Shown piece by piece: positions 9,297-22,304 of a stretch of 64,000 nucleotides of DNA (positions within the stretch are counted from its first letter, which is position 1; each line of letters opens with the position of its first letter). Under the pieces are notes generated by a model. The model did not search any database, was not told where the DNA came from, and saw only the letters and a list, made by a program, of their open reading frames with translations. The stretch comes from an uncultured Pelagibacteraceae bacterium (lineage in GTDB: Bacteria; Pseudomonadota; Alphaproteobacteria; Pelagibacterales; Pelagibacteraceae): assembly GCA_902511185.1 (NCBI GenBank), contig CABXEK010000001.1, positions 6,645 through 70,644 of the forward strand, in the 5' to 3' direction. Both the position numbers and the translations under genes were made by a program.

Positions 9297-10016
9297 AAAA
9301 AGTCCCTCTGGGGGTGCTGGTGGAGCACACAGAGCTCTTTTCTTAGATTTAAATACTTTGTCAAATTTTTTTAAATCCCATTTTTTTTCTCCTAAATACT
9401 TTAAACAACCAACCATTGATCTAACCTGTTGTTGTAAAAAAGATTGAGATTTAAATTCTATTTCTATTTTATTTTTTAATGATTTTATCTTAACTGATTT
9501 GATTGTTTTAATGGGACTTTTTGCATGGCAACTTGAAGATCTAAAAGTAGAATAATCGTGTGTACCAACTAATTTTTTAGCTCCTTTTTTAATTAAATCT
9601 AAGTCTAAAGGTTTTTTTACGTGCCATCCTCTTTTTTTGTCAATTACTGGCGCACTTATCTGATTGAAAATTATGTATTTATAAATTCTTTGTTTTGCAG
9701 AAAATCTTGAATGGAATTTATTACTTTTTTTTCTAATCTTTTTAATTGCTACACCCTGATCATTTAAAAAATGGTTAATTGATTTTAAAAACTTTATTAC
9801 ATCACTAATCTCATTTTGAGTATCAAAATGACCAGACTGTTCAATTGCATGAACACCTGTATCTGTTCTACCAGAACCATTCAAAATTATTTTTTCTTTT
9901 AAAAGTTTTGAAAGTTTTTCTTGAATAAGTCCTTGAATAGTTGATCCTTTTTTTTGAATTTGCCACCCTCTAAAGTCTGTTCCTACATACTCAATAAGCA
10001 GTTGATACCTGGTCAT
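9276..10016 (-). CDS. truA: tRNA pseudouridine(38-40) synthase
   Basis: GWQ, SGRTDTGVHA, FLQQQVR and APPEGLFL motifs. Confidence 0.97.
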   Translation of the reverse strand: MTRYQLLIEYVGTDFRGWQIQKKGSTIQGLIQEKLSKLLKEKIILNGSGRTDTGVHAIEQSGHFDTQNEISDVIKFLKSINHFLNDQGVAIKKIRKKSNKFHSRFSAKQRIYKYIIFNQISAPVIDKKRGWHVKKPLDLDLIKKGAKKLVGTHDYSTFRSSSCHAKSPIKTIKSVKIKSLKNKIEIEFKSQSFLQQQVRSMVGCLKYLGEKKWDLKKFDKVFKSKKRALCAPPAPPEGLFLARVVY

Positions 10017-10940
10017 TTAAATAACTGTGCCCTTTTTTATTTGGGAACCAAGTATAAATTCACCAATGTTTTGTGGCTTTTTTCCTTGTCTTTGGATTTC
10101 TTTAATCTTAATTGATTGCTTATCTCCACATACAACTTCTAAATAATCAGAAACAATTTCTCCCGGTTTTCCAATCCCATTACCTATTTCTGCTTTTAAA
10201 ATTTTGTATCTTTCACCTTTATATATAAAGAAGGCACCTGGCACAGGATATAAACCATTTATTTTTCCAATAATAATTTTTGCTTCATCATTCCAATTAA
10301 TTTCACCCTCACCTTTTTGAATTTTAGATGCATATGTTGCTTTTGAATGATCTTGATCAATAAATTTTGCTTTATTTTCAAAAATATTATCAACGTTATC
10401 TAATATTTTTTGAGCTGCAATTAAAGATAATCTCTCAGATACTTCGCTGGCGTTTAAATTATTTGTTAAATCAATTTTATAAGTATTGTATACCGGACCT
10501 GTATCAAGCTGTTCAGCTATTTTCATGACACTGATCCCTGTTTCTTTATCAAGGTTCATTATAGATCTTTGTATTGGTGCTGCGCCTCTCCATTTTGGCA
10601 AAAGTGATGCATGTATATTAATAAAACCCTTTTTAGCTAAACTTAAAAATTCTTTTGGAATAATTTGTCCATAGGCAACAACAATTGCTAGATCGGCATC
10701 TATATTTTTAAAATATTCATACTCCTCATTATTATTTTTTAAATATTTTGGAGTTCTAAAATCTAAATTTAAAGTTTCAGCAATCCCTTGTATGGGCGAT
10801 TTATTGATTTTCTGACCTCTCTGTGACTTTTGTGGAGGCTGTGTGTACACATCTGATATTGGATAACCATTTTGGTACAAAGATTTTAAAATGGGTACAG
10901 CAAACATTGGTGTACCCATAAAAACAATCTTTTTTGCCAT
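10017..10940 (-). CDS. fmt: methionyl-tRNA formyltransferase
   Basis: FMGTP, VVAYG and NIHASLLPKWRGAAPIQR motifs. Confidence 0.98.
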   Translation of the reverse strand: MAKKIVFMGTPMFAVPILKSLYQNGYPISDVYTQPPQKSQRGQKINKSPIQGIAETLNLDFRTPKYLKNNNEEYEYFKNIDADLAIVVAYGQIIPKEFLSLAKKGFINIHASLLPKWRGAAPIQRSIMNLDKETGISVMKIAEQLDTGPVYNTYKIDLTNNLNASEVSERLSLIAAQKILDNVDNIFENKAKFIDQDHSKATYASKIQKGEGEINWNDEAKIIIGKINGLYPVPGAFFIYKGERYKILKAEIGNGIGKPGEIVSDYLEVVCGDKQSIKIKEIQRQGKKPQNIGEFILGSQIKKGTVI

Positions 10941-10943
10941 TAA

Positions 10944-11459
10944 CTAAAGGATTGCAGTATTTGATTTTAATTTAGATAGCTTTTTTACAATCATGGATTT
11001 TTTTAATTTTGAAAGGTAATCAATAAATAATATTCCCTCTAAATGATCCATTTCATGTTGAATGCATGTTGCAAGTAAACCATCGGCTTTTAACAATTGT
11101 TTTTTCCCATGATAATCAAGGTATTCTACATCACACTTACTTGGTCTTTCTATTTCTGCAAATTGTTCTGGTACTGACAAACATCCTTCCTCATGAGTGT
11201 TTTTAATTGGATCTTTATTCAAAATAACTGGATTTACAAAATATCTAGGTTCTTTCTTTCCATCTTTAGCAATATCCATCACTATAATTCTTTTTGGGAT
11301 ACCAATTTGAATTGCAGCAAGACCTATACCATTAGCATCATACATTGTATCCAACATATCATTCATAAGTTGTTGTTCTTCTTTACCAACATTTTCAACA
11401 GGTTTTGATATCTGTCTAAGCAATTTATTTGGTTCTGTGATTATAGTTTTAACAGTCAT
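10944..11459 (-). CDS. def: peptide deformylase
   Basis: GIGLAAIQIG, EGCLS and QHEMDHL motifs. Confidence 0.98.
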   Translation of the reverse strand: MTVKTIITEPNKLLRQISKPVENVGKEEQQLMNDMLDTMYDANGIGLAAIQIGIPKRIIVMDIAKDGKKEPRYFVNPVILNKDPIKNTHEEGCLSVPEQFAEIERPSKCDVEYLDYHGKKQLLKADGLLATCIQHEMDHLEGILFIDYLSKLKKSMIVKKLSKLKSNTAIL

Positions 11460-11482
11460 TAATAATTATTTTAGTATAATTT

Positions 11483-13246
11483 CTATACTTTTAAAGGAAG
11501 AACTTTTAAAAGAAGTTTGTTCCTAATTAAGTCAGTATTTAGCTGATTCAATGTGTTAATTATAAAATAAAAAGTATTGTCATCAATATCCTCAATCTTA
11601 TCAGGACCAATAACCTCAATAACTCTTAATAAAGCAGCGCCTAATTCTTTATTATCAATCATAGACTGAATATCAGATGGCATTTCTGACTCATTAACCT
11701 GGTAAAGGTTTTTATATTTTTTTGAAATTTCTATACCATCTGATTTAAGAGCTTCTAAAAAAATTATATCTTTTTTTGATAAAAAATATTTCTTATCTTT
11801 TTTAATTTTTTTTAAAAACTTATCTAAATCCTCTTCAATTTTAGATTTTGCGTAATCTCCGTTGAAATAATTAATCAATTTAGATTGGTGTAAAATTTTG
11901 TTATTATATTTAATTTTTTTATCAACAACTATATCTGTTTTCGTATAACTATTATAAAATGTTGTAAAATTAGAAGGTACATTTTCTTTTTTAATTTGAA
12001 TTAAAAATTTCTTCAATTCTTCATCAAACGCATTACCAATCCCATCTTTTTCAAAAATATTTTTTAAAGTCTTTAATAATTCTAATTTGAGTTCGGGATC
12101 TTCTGTAAGCAGTAATCTTTGATAAACTAATGCTCTTCCCTCTATAGGTGATAAAGTTTTGTATACTTCATCTGTGTTTATTAATTGACTAATATTGAAC
12201 TGAAAACGTTTGTAAAATTCAAATAATTCTTGTTCTGAATAATTTTTATCATGTGTTGCTTTTTCGATAGTTGAAATTTTATCTATATCAGTAATTTCAA
12301 GATCTTTAATATTATATAATAAATTTGAAGTTGATAGATATTTCCAGATTAATTTTGGAGTATCTTTTTTTGGGTCATATGAAAATTCAGAATTTGTTCT
12401 ATGAGCTAAATGAAAATCTAAAATAGAGTTTTCTGACACTTCTTTGTTGGCCTCATCTATGTATCCGAATAAATAATTAATCTTATTTTCAAAATAATCA
12501 TCCTTGAATCCTAATTCTTTTTTTAAATCTAATATAAGTTGTGCCTCATCATTTTTACCATAGTTTATCAAACAATATAAATTGAATTTAGACAGATAAG
12601 GATCGGCTAATGGCTCCTTAATATTTGAAAAAATTTCACATGACTTCTTAATATCTGATTGAGACAAGTATTTATCAACCAGATATCTTGTTAGCTCTGG
12701 ATGTAAATTTATAATTTGATTTTTGAGAAGATACTCCTCAATAAGTTCAAGATTAGAATATTTTATCAGCCAATTTGATTTAAATTTTAAAAACTCTGTA
12801 TCTGTAATATTCTGATTTGGGTTATAGGCATTTGTTAACAATGAAATATTTAGGATTTCAGAAGCATCTTTTGAAAGATTATAATTATTTATATTGTTCA
12901 AAAGTTTTTTTAATATTGATCCATCTGTATTAGACCACATATCAATACTTAAGCCATAATCTTCTGGATCATATAATCCAACAATTTCAATTTTTTTTGA
13001 AGTCAGTTCTTTATCAAAAGAAATAGAGTCAATATTTTTATCAGTTTGTAGTTGATAAATATTGCTCTCTGATATTTCTTCTATTTTTTCAACAGATGAT
13101 TTACCTTCGATAGACTCTTTTACTTTTTTTTTATCTATATTCCAAATATCTGCCGGCTTATCTTCAGCAAATGTTGAAACATATGACAATAAAGAAATAA
13201 ATATAATTGAAAAATTTTTCTTATTTAACAATTTTAAAATTTTCAT
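11483..13246 (-). CDS. large exported hypothetical protein (alpha-helical)
   Basis: 587-aa ORF with signal-peptide-like N-terminus (…STFA-EDKP); GLSIDMWS motif; no family recognised. Confidence 0.8.
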   Translation of the reverse strand: MKILKLLNKKNFSIIFISLLSYVSTFAEDKPADIWNIDKKKVKESIEGKSSVEKIEEISESNIYQLQTDKNIDSISFDKELTSKKIEIVGLYDPEDYGLSIDMWSNTDGSILKKLLNNINNYNLSKDASEILNISLLTNAYNPNQNITDTEFLKFKSNWLIKYSNLELIEEYLLKNQIINLHPELTRYLVDKYLSQSDIKKSCEIFSNIKEPLADPYLSKFNLYCLINYGKNDEAQLILDLKKELGFKDDYFENKINYLFGYIDEANKEVSENSILDFHLAHRTNSEFSYDPKKDTPKLIWKYLSTSNLLYNIKDLEITDIDKISTIEKATHDKNYSEQELFEFYKRFQFNISQLINTDEVYKTLSPIEGRALVYQRLLLTEDPELKLELLKTLKNIFEKDGIGNAFDEELKKFLIQIKKENVPSNFTTFYNSYTKTDIVVDKKIKYNNKILHQSKLINYFNGDYAKSKIEEDLDKFLKKIKKDKKYFLSKKDIIFLEALKSDGIEISKKYKNLYQVNESEMPSDIQSMIDNKELGAALLRVIEVIGPDKIEDIDDNTFYFIINTLNQLNTDLIRNKLLLKVLPLKV

Positions 13247-13403
13247 TTGGAATGATTTTTTCTATTTCTTTTGTTGGTGCTGGAAAATCAATTTTATTAA
13301 TCAAAAAAATAAGTCCTAGAATAACAATTAATCCGAGAATAGATTTAATTATTAAACCTATAATATTAATTTTACCTAAACTTGTATTTTTATTAAATTG
13401 CAT
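13221..13403 (-). CDS. small single-TM hypothetical protein
   Basis: Hydrophobic helix then IDFPAPTKEIEKIIP; overlaps the start of the next gene; start uncertain. Confidence 0.65.
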   Translation of the reverse strand: MQFNKNTSLGKINIIGLIIKSILGLIVILGLIFLINKIDFPAPTKEIEKIIPNENFKIVK

Positions 13404-13460
13404 ATAACTTTAGTTAATTTCAAATTAAGACATATTTGTGTTTTTTCAATAAAGAAACTT

Positions 13461-13973
13461 ATGAAATCGAAAGAAAATCTTGTGTTTTTAGGTATGATGG
13501 GTTCTGGTAAGAGTTCTATTGGATCCTTGGTTGCAAAAAAATTAGGTTTAGATTTTGTGGACGTAGATAAAGAAATTGAAAAAGAATTAGGCTTATCTAT
13601 ATCAAAAATATTTCAGACAAAAGGTGAAGATTATTTTAGAGAATTTGAGGTAAAAATAACTTTAAAAATACTTAAAATTCATTCAACTGTAGTATCTCTA
13701 GGAGGAGGCGCATTTTTAAACAAAGTAATTAGAAAAGAAGTTTTGAAAAACCATATCTCTTTTTGGCTGAACTGGAATGATGAAATATTAATCAATAGAA
13801 TTAAAAATAGTAAAAAAAGACCTATTGCTTTTAAATCAACAGATAATGAATTGATTGATTTAATAAAAAAACGATCTAACATTTACTCTAAAGCTTTACA
13901 TGAAATTAAATGTGATAAAATGTCGAAAAATGAAATTGTTAAAAAAGTCTTAAAAAATTATGAAAACAATTAA
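13461..13973 (+). CDS. aroK: shikimate kinase
   Basis: GMMGSGKS P-loop, GEDYFR, SLGGG, RP; ATG at 13461 preferred over the track's 13398 start. Confidence 0.96.
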   Translation: MKSKENLVFLGMMGSGKSSIGSLVAKKLGLDFVDVDKEIEKELGLSISKIFQTKGEDYFREFEVKITLKILKIHSTVVSLGGGAFLNKVIRKEVLKNHISFWLNWNDEILINRIKNSKKRPIAFKSTDNELIDLIKKRSNIYSKALHEIKCDKMSKNEIVKKVLKNYENN

Positions 13974-15066
13974 GTTAAAGATAAATACTAAAACTCAACA
14001 ATATTCAATTGTTATTGGTTCAAATTTAGTAAGCAATATATCAAAAATTTTAAAAGAAAATTCAATTAATTTTAAGCAGTGTTTGCTAATTATTGATAAA
14101 AATATTTCAAAAATAATTGTTTCTAAGATCAAAAAATCTCTTAATAAAAAAAAACTTTATGTTCACTTTTTCAAGGCTAGTGAAATAAATAAAAATTTAA
14201 ACAACGTAAATAAAATTTTAGAAGTTTTACTTAACAAAAATTTTTCTAGAGAAGATTGTGTTATATCCATTGGTGGAGGGATTACTGGAGATATAAGTAG
14301 TTTTTCGGCCAGTCTATTTAAGAGAGGATTAAAATTCATTAATATTCCAACCACTCTTTTATCACAAGTAGACTCTTCAATTGGAGGTAAAACTGGAGTT
14401 AACACTAAGTATGGAAAAAATTTGATCGGTAGTTTTTACCAACCAGATCTAGTTATATCTGACATTCAATTTTTAAAAACCTTACCAAAAAGAGAAGTGG
14501 TATGTGGCTATGGTGAGATTTTAAAACATTCTTTAATAGCCAATAAAAAATTTTTTTATTTTCTAGATAAAAATAGTGATAAAATTTTAAACCTTTCATC
14601 ACCATTTATTGAAAAAGCTATTCACGAAAGCTGTAAAATTAAAAAAAGTGTTGTAGAAAAAGACGAAAAAGAAAAAGGTCTAAGAAAAATTTTAAATTTT
14701 GGTCACACATTCGCACATGCTTATGAAGCTTCTTTGGGTTATTCAAAAAAACTCAACCATGGTGAGGCGGTAATTCTAGGTATAAAAAGTGCTTTAAATT
14801 TTAGTGTAAAAAATAATTTACTAAAAAAAAATGACTATAATTCAATTATAAATCATATTTCTAAAGCAAATTTACCATCAAAATTAAAAAAATTTTTTAA
14901 AATCAAAGATTTAAACAAAATATTATCCTTTATGATTAAAGATAAAAAAAATAATTCAGATAAAATTAACTTAGTTTTATTAAAAAAGATTGGATTGCCA
15001 GTTATAAATAAAGAATATAAAAAAGATAGCTTAAGTAAGTTTATGACTAATCAGTTAAGAAATTAA
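13960..15066 (+). CDS. aroB: 3-dehydroquinate synthase
   Basis: IGGG, PTTLLSQVDSSIGGKTG, LNFGHT and HGEAV motifs. Confidence 0.98.
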   Translation: MKTIKLKINTKTQQYSIVIGSNLVSNISKILKENSINFKQCLLIIDKNISKIIVSKIKKSLNKKKLYVHFFKASEINKNLNNVNKILEVLLNKNFSREDCVISIGGGITGDISSFSASLFKRGLKFINIPTTLLSQVDSSIGGKTGVNTKYGKNLIGSFYQPDLVISDIQFLKTLPKREVVCGYGEILKHSLIANKKFFYFLDKNSDKILNLSSPFIEKAIHESCKIKKSVVEKDEKEKGLRKILNFGHTFAHAYEASLGYSKKLNHGEAVILGIKSALNFSVKNNLLKKNDYNSIINHISKANLPSKLKKFFKIKDLNKILSFMIKDKKNNSDKINLVLLKKIGLPVINKEYKKDSLSKFMTNQLRN

Positions 15067-15315
15067 TATTTGTATAGAGTGTATATACTCTTTTAGTTCC
15101 TTTTCTAAGATTTTATAGATTTTTTTATTACTTTCAATTCTACTCAAACTTTTTAATTCACTTGAACTTAAAGTAATTTTTAAATGAAACTTACCCTCTT
15201 GATTTCCAGCATGATTTTTATGAAGAAATGATTTATCTTCAATATTTATACTGTCAATTCTAATTTGATCAGTGAGTTTTTTTTTTACAATTGCAATTAA
15301 CTCATTTATATCCAT
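15055..15315 (-). CDS. bolA: BolA family protein
   Basis: EDKSFLHKNHAG...FHLKI...IY..L...IHSIQI pattern; synteny with dnaJ-cobS. Confidence 0.88.
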   Translation of the reverse strand: MDINELIAIVKKKLTDQIRIDSINIEDKSFLHKNHAGNQEGKFHLKITLSSSELKSLSRIESNKKIYKILEKELKEYIHSIQILIS

Positions 15316-15336
15316 AAATTAAATCTATTATACATC

Positions 15337-15864
15337 ATGAAAAATATTTGCGACTGGAATAATTGTAACGAAATTGGTGATTACCGAGCACCTGTTGAAA
15401 AAGATAATAGCAAAAAATATAGAATGCTTTGCTTAGAGCATGTTAAAGAATTTAATAAAAATTGGAATTATTTTTCAGGTATGAATGATGACCAAGTCTT
15501 AAATTTTTTAAAATCTGATATGATTTGGCATAAACCAACTCAAAGTTTCAGTTCTTCAGATAATTTCTTTAAAGTTCTTTGGAATAACACTTTAAGAGAT
15601 GAATTAGATAAAGATAAAATTAACGGTGATTATGACCATATGCGTCAATTTAAATTTAATCACAAAGATATCAAAGCTTTTGGTATATTGGGAGTTTCTG
15701 TAGGATTAAAATGGAAAAAAGTTCAAGATAAGTTCAAAATGCTTGTCAAAAAATATCACCCCGATATAAATGCTGGTAACAAAAAATATGAAGAAAAACT
15801 TAAACTAATTACTTTAGCTTACACACAGCTTAAAAATACTTATAGAGAAAAAATTGACACCTAA
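15337..15864 (+). CDS. J-domain protein (C-terminal J domain, N-terminal Cys/His motif)
   Basis: CDWNNC...RAP...[10 protein letters not shown]-terminus; KKYHPD J-domain motif. Confidence 0.92.
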   Translation: MKNICDWNNCNEIGDYRAPVEKDNSKKYRMLCLEHVKEFNKNWNYFSGMNDDQVLNFLKSDMIWHKPTQSFSSSDNFFKVLWNNTLRDELDKDKINGDYDHMRQFKFNHKDIKAFGILGVSVGLKWKKVQDKFKMLVKKYHPDINAGNKKYEEKLKLITLAYTQLKNTYREKIDT

Positions 15865-16828
15865 TCTTAATATTCAACCAGACATAAAGATTTCATTAAA
15901 ACAAACTTTTGGGATCGACTCTGAAATGGAAGTTGACGCATTTTCAAAAAAAACTGAATATGTTCCTGAAATAGATAAAAGTTACAAATTTGATAGAGAC
16001 ACTACTATGGCAATAATTTCTGGTTTTGCTTACAATAAAAGAGTTTTAGTTCAAGGATATCATGGTACCGGAAAATCGACTCATATAGAGCAGATTGCGG
16101 CTAGATTAAATTGGCCATGTATTAGAGTAAATTTAGATAGTCACGTTAGTAGAATAGACTTGATAGGAAAAGATGCAATTGTTCTTAAAGATGGAAAACA
16201 AGTTACTCAATTTAATGAAGGTATTTTGCCTTGGTCTATACAAAATCCAGTAGCACTTGTTTTTGATGAGTATGATGCTGGTAGACCAGATGTGATGTTT
16301 GTAATTCAAAGAGTTTTGGAAGCTGAAGGTAACTTTACTCTTCTTGATAAAAATAAAGTTATTAAACAAAATAAATTTTTTAGATTATTTGCAACATCAA
16401 ATACTGTGGGTCTTGGGGATACAACAGGGCTTTATCATGGAACCCAACAAATAAACCAAGGTCAAATGGATAGGTGGAATATAGTAACTACACTTAACTA
16501 TCTTGGTCTTGAAAGAGAATTAGATATAGTTTTGTCAAAAAATAAAAATCTTAATAATGCAAAAGGCAAAGAAAAGGTTGCCAATATGATCAAAGTGGCA
16601 TCTTTAACAAGAAAAGGTTTTATAGCAGGTGATATTTCAACAGTGATGAGCCCAAGAACAGTAATGCATTGGGCGGAAAACTCAGAAATTTTCAAAGATA
16701 CAGGGTATGCTTTTAGAGTAACTTTCCTTAATAAGTGTGATGAAATTGAAAAAAATACTATCGCAGAATATTATCAAAGATGTTTTGGTGAAGAACTTCC
16801 AGAGTCATTGATGAATATTCAAATTTAA
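15854..16828 (+). CDS. cobS: CobS-like AAA+ ATPase (MoxR-related)
   Basis: [10 protein letters not shown] Walker [29 protein letters not shown]; TTG start. Confidence 0.95.
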   Translation: MTPNLNIQPDIKISLKQTFGIDSEMEVDAFSKKTEYVPEIDKSYKFDRDTTMAIISGFAYNKRVLVQGYHGTGKSTHIEQIAARLNWPCIRVNLDSHVSRIDLIGKDAIVLKDGKQVTQFNEGILPWSIQNPVALVFDEYDAGRPDVMFVIQRVLEAEGNFTLLDKNKVIKQNKFFRLFATSNTVGLGDTTGLYHGTQQINQGQMDRWNIVTTLNYLGLERELDIVLSKNKNLNNAKGKEKVANMIKVASLTRKGFIAGDISTVMSPRTVMHWAENSEIFKDTGYAFRVTFLNKCDEIEKNTIAEYYQRCFGEELPESLMNIQI

Positions 16829-18625
16829 ATGAGTGCTAAAATTGATAACTTAAAAGAAAAATTCAGAATAGCATTAACTTCAACAGCAAAAGTAATTTCA
16901 GATGATTTTGATTTAATAAATAAATCATCAGAGAATGATAAAAAAAATTTAAACTCAATTGAAGTTGATAATCTAACAAAACCAAGTGATTTTATTAAAT
17001 TACGTGCCGAAACAGACTCTTCTGCTTTAAAAAAAAAATTTTCTAATGAAACAATTTATAGAAAAAATCTTCCTTCTAATAATTCTTCAAGATCCCTTTA
17101 CAATATAGCTGAAAAAATTAGATACGAAGCATTAGGTGGTAAAATGCTTAAAGGGATTGAAAAAAATTTTCAAGAAAATTACTCACATATAATTAATACA
17201 AAAAAAAAGGATCAGTTAAAAACAAAAGAAGACGTACCTGTATCAGAGGCATTTGAACTGTATATGCTCAAAAATTTTCATCAAATAAGGCTAAATGCTT
17301 TAACTTCAAAAATGTTAAATTTTTGGGAAAAAGACTTTGAACAATCCATAGAAAAACACAAAAGATTTTTACAAGAAAACTTAGAAAACCAAGATAACTA
17401 TGGATCAAGATTTTCTCAAATTTTAGAGGAAATGGATATTTTTCAAAGTGAAGAAGACGAAGAAAAAACAGAGGAAAATCAAGATCAAGGACAAGACAAT
17501 CCCTCTAACGATGATAAAGATAAAGATAAAGAAGATAATAAAGATGAAAACAATGATCAAGAAACACAAGCCACTTTAGATGCTGATTATAATGTCGATG
17601 AATTTAATATTGATGAACAACTTTCAGATACTGAGTCAGACGAACAAAGTTCAGAACAAATCGTCCAAAAAAATCTTGATAATATTAATTTAGATTACAA
17701 AATTTTTACAACACAATACGATGAAATAACAAAAGCTGAGAAATTAGAAAATGCAAACGAAGCTGCAAAACTTCGAAAAACATTAGATCAACAACTAGTA
17801 GGATTTCAAGACGTCATAACTAAACTTGCAAATAAATTACAAAGACAGTTGCTTGCAAAACAAAATAGAGCATGGGATTTTGATTTAGAAGAAGGATTGC
17901 TTGATAGCTCAAAACTACCTAGAATTATTATGGACCCATATAATTCATTATCATTTAAAAAAGAGAAAGATTTAGATTTTAAAGATACAATTGTTACTTT
18001 GTTAATAGATAATTCTGGTTCAATGAGAGGGAGGCCGATTACAATAGCTGCGATATGTGCAGATATATTGTCCAGAACATTAGAGAGATGCTCTGTTAAG
18101 GTTGAAATTCTAGGTTTCACAACAAAAAATTGGAAAGGTGGACAAAGTAGAGAGCTTTGGAATAAAAATTCAAAACCCAAAACCCCTGGAAGATTAAATG
18201 ATTTAAGGCATATAATTTATAAAGGTGCTGATACTCACTGGAGACAAGCTAAAAATAATTTAGGACTCATGCTGAAAGAGGGTCTGTTAAAAGAAAATAT
18301 TGATGGAGAAGCTATTTCATGGGCCTACAATAGGATTAAGAAGAGAAAAGAAGAAAGAAAAATTATGATGGTAATTTCTGATGGTGCACCAGTAGATGAC
18401 TCTACCCTTTCAGTAAATTCAGGTGATTTTTTAGAAAAACACTTAAAGAAAATGGTAAAATTTATAGAAACAAAAACTGAAATTGAAGTTTTAGCAATTG
18501 GTATTGGTCATGATGTTTCAAGATATTATGATAAGGCAATTAAAATTACAGATGTAAATGAATTGGGAGATGTTATGATATCTCAATTAAGTTCTTTATT
18601 TGAAACTAAAAGAAAATTTCACTAA
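16829..18625 (+). CDS. cobT: CobT-like VWA-domain protein
   Basis: Acidic linker, [31 protein letters not shown] and [10 protein letters not shown] motifs. Confidence 0.95.
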   Translation: MSAKIDNLKEKFRIALTSTAKVISDDFDLINKSSENDKKNLNSIEVDNLTKPSDFIKLRAETDSSALKKKFSNETIYRKNLPSNNSSRSLYNIAEKIRYEALGGKMLKGIEKNFQENYSHIINTKKKDQLKTKEDVPVSEAFELYMLKNFHQIRLNALTSKMLNFWEKDFEQSIEKHKRFLQENLENQDNYGSRFSQILEEMDIFQSEEDEEKTEENQDQGQDNPSNDDKDKDKEDNKDENNDQETQATLDADYNVDEFNIDEQLSDTESDEQSSEQIVQKNLDNINLDYKIFTTQYDEITKAEKLENANEAAKLRKTLDQQLVGFQDVITKLANKLQRQLLAKQNRAWDFDLEEGLLDSSKLPRIIMDPYNSLSFKKEKDLDFKDTIVTLLIDNSGSMRGRPITIAAICADILSRTLERCSVKVEILGFTTKNWKGGQSRELWNKNSKPKTPGRLNDLRHIIYKGADTHWRQAKNNLGLMLKEGLLKENIDGEAISWAYNRIKKRKEERKIMMVISDGAPVDDSTLSVNSGDFLEKHLKKMVKFIETKTEIEVLAIGIGHDVSRYYDKAIKITDVNELGDVMISQLSSLFETKRKFH

Positions 18626-19903
18626 ATATTAAATAAATCTTTATTATTCCATTTAATAATCACTTCTGCTCCACCTCTGGTTTTTGAGTTTCTACAATTA
18701 ATTGAGGCAAAATTTTTTTCTAAAAGTGTTTTTCCAATAAATAACCCTAATCCCAGACCAGCTTTTGACTTATCAATTGGATCCTTTGTTCTTAAATATG
18801 GTTCACCAATTTTTGATAAGACGTCTTTTGGATAACCATTACCATCATCTTCAATAGTAATTTCTGTAATTTCATTATCACTTTTTAAAGTTACATGAAT
18901 TGTCTCATTAGAAAATTTATTAGCATTTCCAATAAAGTTTCTTAAGCCATATACAATTTCTATAGATTTAGTTATTTTTTTTTTGATTTGAAAATTGGTC
19001 ATAATTAAAAATAAAATTTTTTTGACTAATCTCTTTAAATGAAGAAATAATTTCACTTAAATAGTCTTTCATAGAAAGATCTTTATCAATGAACTCATCT
19101 TCTTCTACAGGATTTAAAGTTAATCGTTTTAAAATTTCATTACATCTTTCTACTTGGCTAGATAATAATTCTATATCCTTTTTTACGTCATGTTGGTCTT
19201 GAAATTGTTTTTCGAGATCATGAGCAATTATCTTGATGGTAGACAAAGGAGTTCCAAGTGAATGGGCCGCAGCTGCAGCTTGACCGCCTAAAGATAAAAG
19301 CTCATGTTCAGAAGCCATCACTTCTTCCATTTTTGCTAATGCTTCTCTTCTTAATCTAGACTGTGTTCCAAATGACATGGCTAAATAATTTAAAAAAACT
19401 AAAGCAATAACTAATGCGGTTGGAATAGAATAGTAATAATAATGATTATTATGAAGATCGCTTTTAATAGGAAGTGGTAAATCATGATAATAAAAAGTCA
19501 AAAAAACTATCGTAATTATTGTTAACATCACCAATAAAGTATTTGTTCTTAAACTTAAGTTTGAAGAAGAAAAGATACTAGGAACTAGTAGAAAAATTAC
19601 AAATGGATTCGTAATTCCTCCTGTTAGATAAAGTAGAGCACCTAATTGCAATATATCAATAACTAAAAAAATAAAAGCTGATCTATCTGATAATTGTGTT
19701 TTTTTATATATAAAAATTAAAAATAGATTACTTAAAACTCCTAAAAAAATAACTAGATTACAAATAATAAAATTAAAATCAAAATTTAAAAAAAAATAAA
19801 CAATGTTAACTGAAATTAATTGTCCTATAATGCCAATCCATCTTAAGCTTAAGTAGGTTGATTTTTTAAAGAAATGATATTTTGAAGTTTCAAAAAACTT
19901 CAT
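18622..19903 (-). CDS. regB: RegB/PrrB/ActS redox sensor histidine kinase; split by a +1 frameshift in A10 (18975-18984)
   Basis: [28 protein letters not shown] in ORF1; [27 protein letters not shown] in ORF2; removing one A joins the frames. Confidence 0.9.
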
Positions 19904-19905
19904 TA

Positions 19906-21969
<2,064 letters not shown>

Positions 21970-22080
21970 TTAATTTTTTGGAAAAAAAAATTATAACATT
22001 TTTTATAGAAAATGCTGATTTATCTTCACTAAATTTAATGGAAAACAGTTAATTAAGACTGAAAATTAGGGCTTATTTCA

Positions 22081-22170
22081 TGGCGGAGAGAATGGGATTC
22101 GAACCCATGAAAGGATTGCTCCTTTACACGCTTTCCAAGCGTGCGCCTTCAACCACTCGGCCATCTCTCC
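22081..22170 (-). tRNA. tRNA-Ser(GGA)
   Basis: GGAGAGATGGCCGAGTGG...CACGC-TTGGAAA-GCGTG, long variable arm, GGTTCGAATCC, ends GCCA; TATAAT 8 nt upstream. Confidence 0.98.
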
Positions 22171-22214
22171 ATTTTTTTATTATAGTTAATAATCGTCTTA
22201 AAACCTTAAAAAAA

Positions 22215-22304
22215 TAGCATAGAGAACAAGATTCGATTCCGTGATAGAGTTCAGCCTATTCGCGCTTTCTAAGTATGTGTATTAAACCCTACAACTATTT
22301 CATT
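22215..22304 (-). pseudogene. decayed tandem copy of tRNA-Ser
   Basis: Ungapped manual alignment to 22081-22170 gives about 55/90 identities (e.g. CTTAGAAAGCGCG vs CTTGGAAAGCGTG; TCGAATC; TTCTCT); stems broken. Confidence 0.75.

Noticed and set aside
13398-13460. N-terminal extension of aroK
   Set aside because: TTG start overlapping the divergent gene; ATG at 13461 gives a normal shikimate kinase
17440-17660. GATAAA-type low-complexity repeats in cobT
   Set aside because: Encodes the normal acidic linker of CobT
22215-22304. Riboswitch or independent sRNA in the GC-richer spacer
   Set aside because: No SAM-V, SRP or 6S features recognised; better explained as a decayed tRNA-Ser copy
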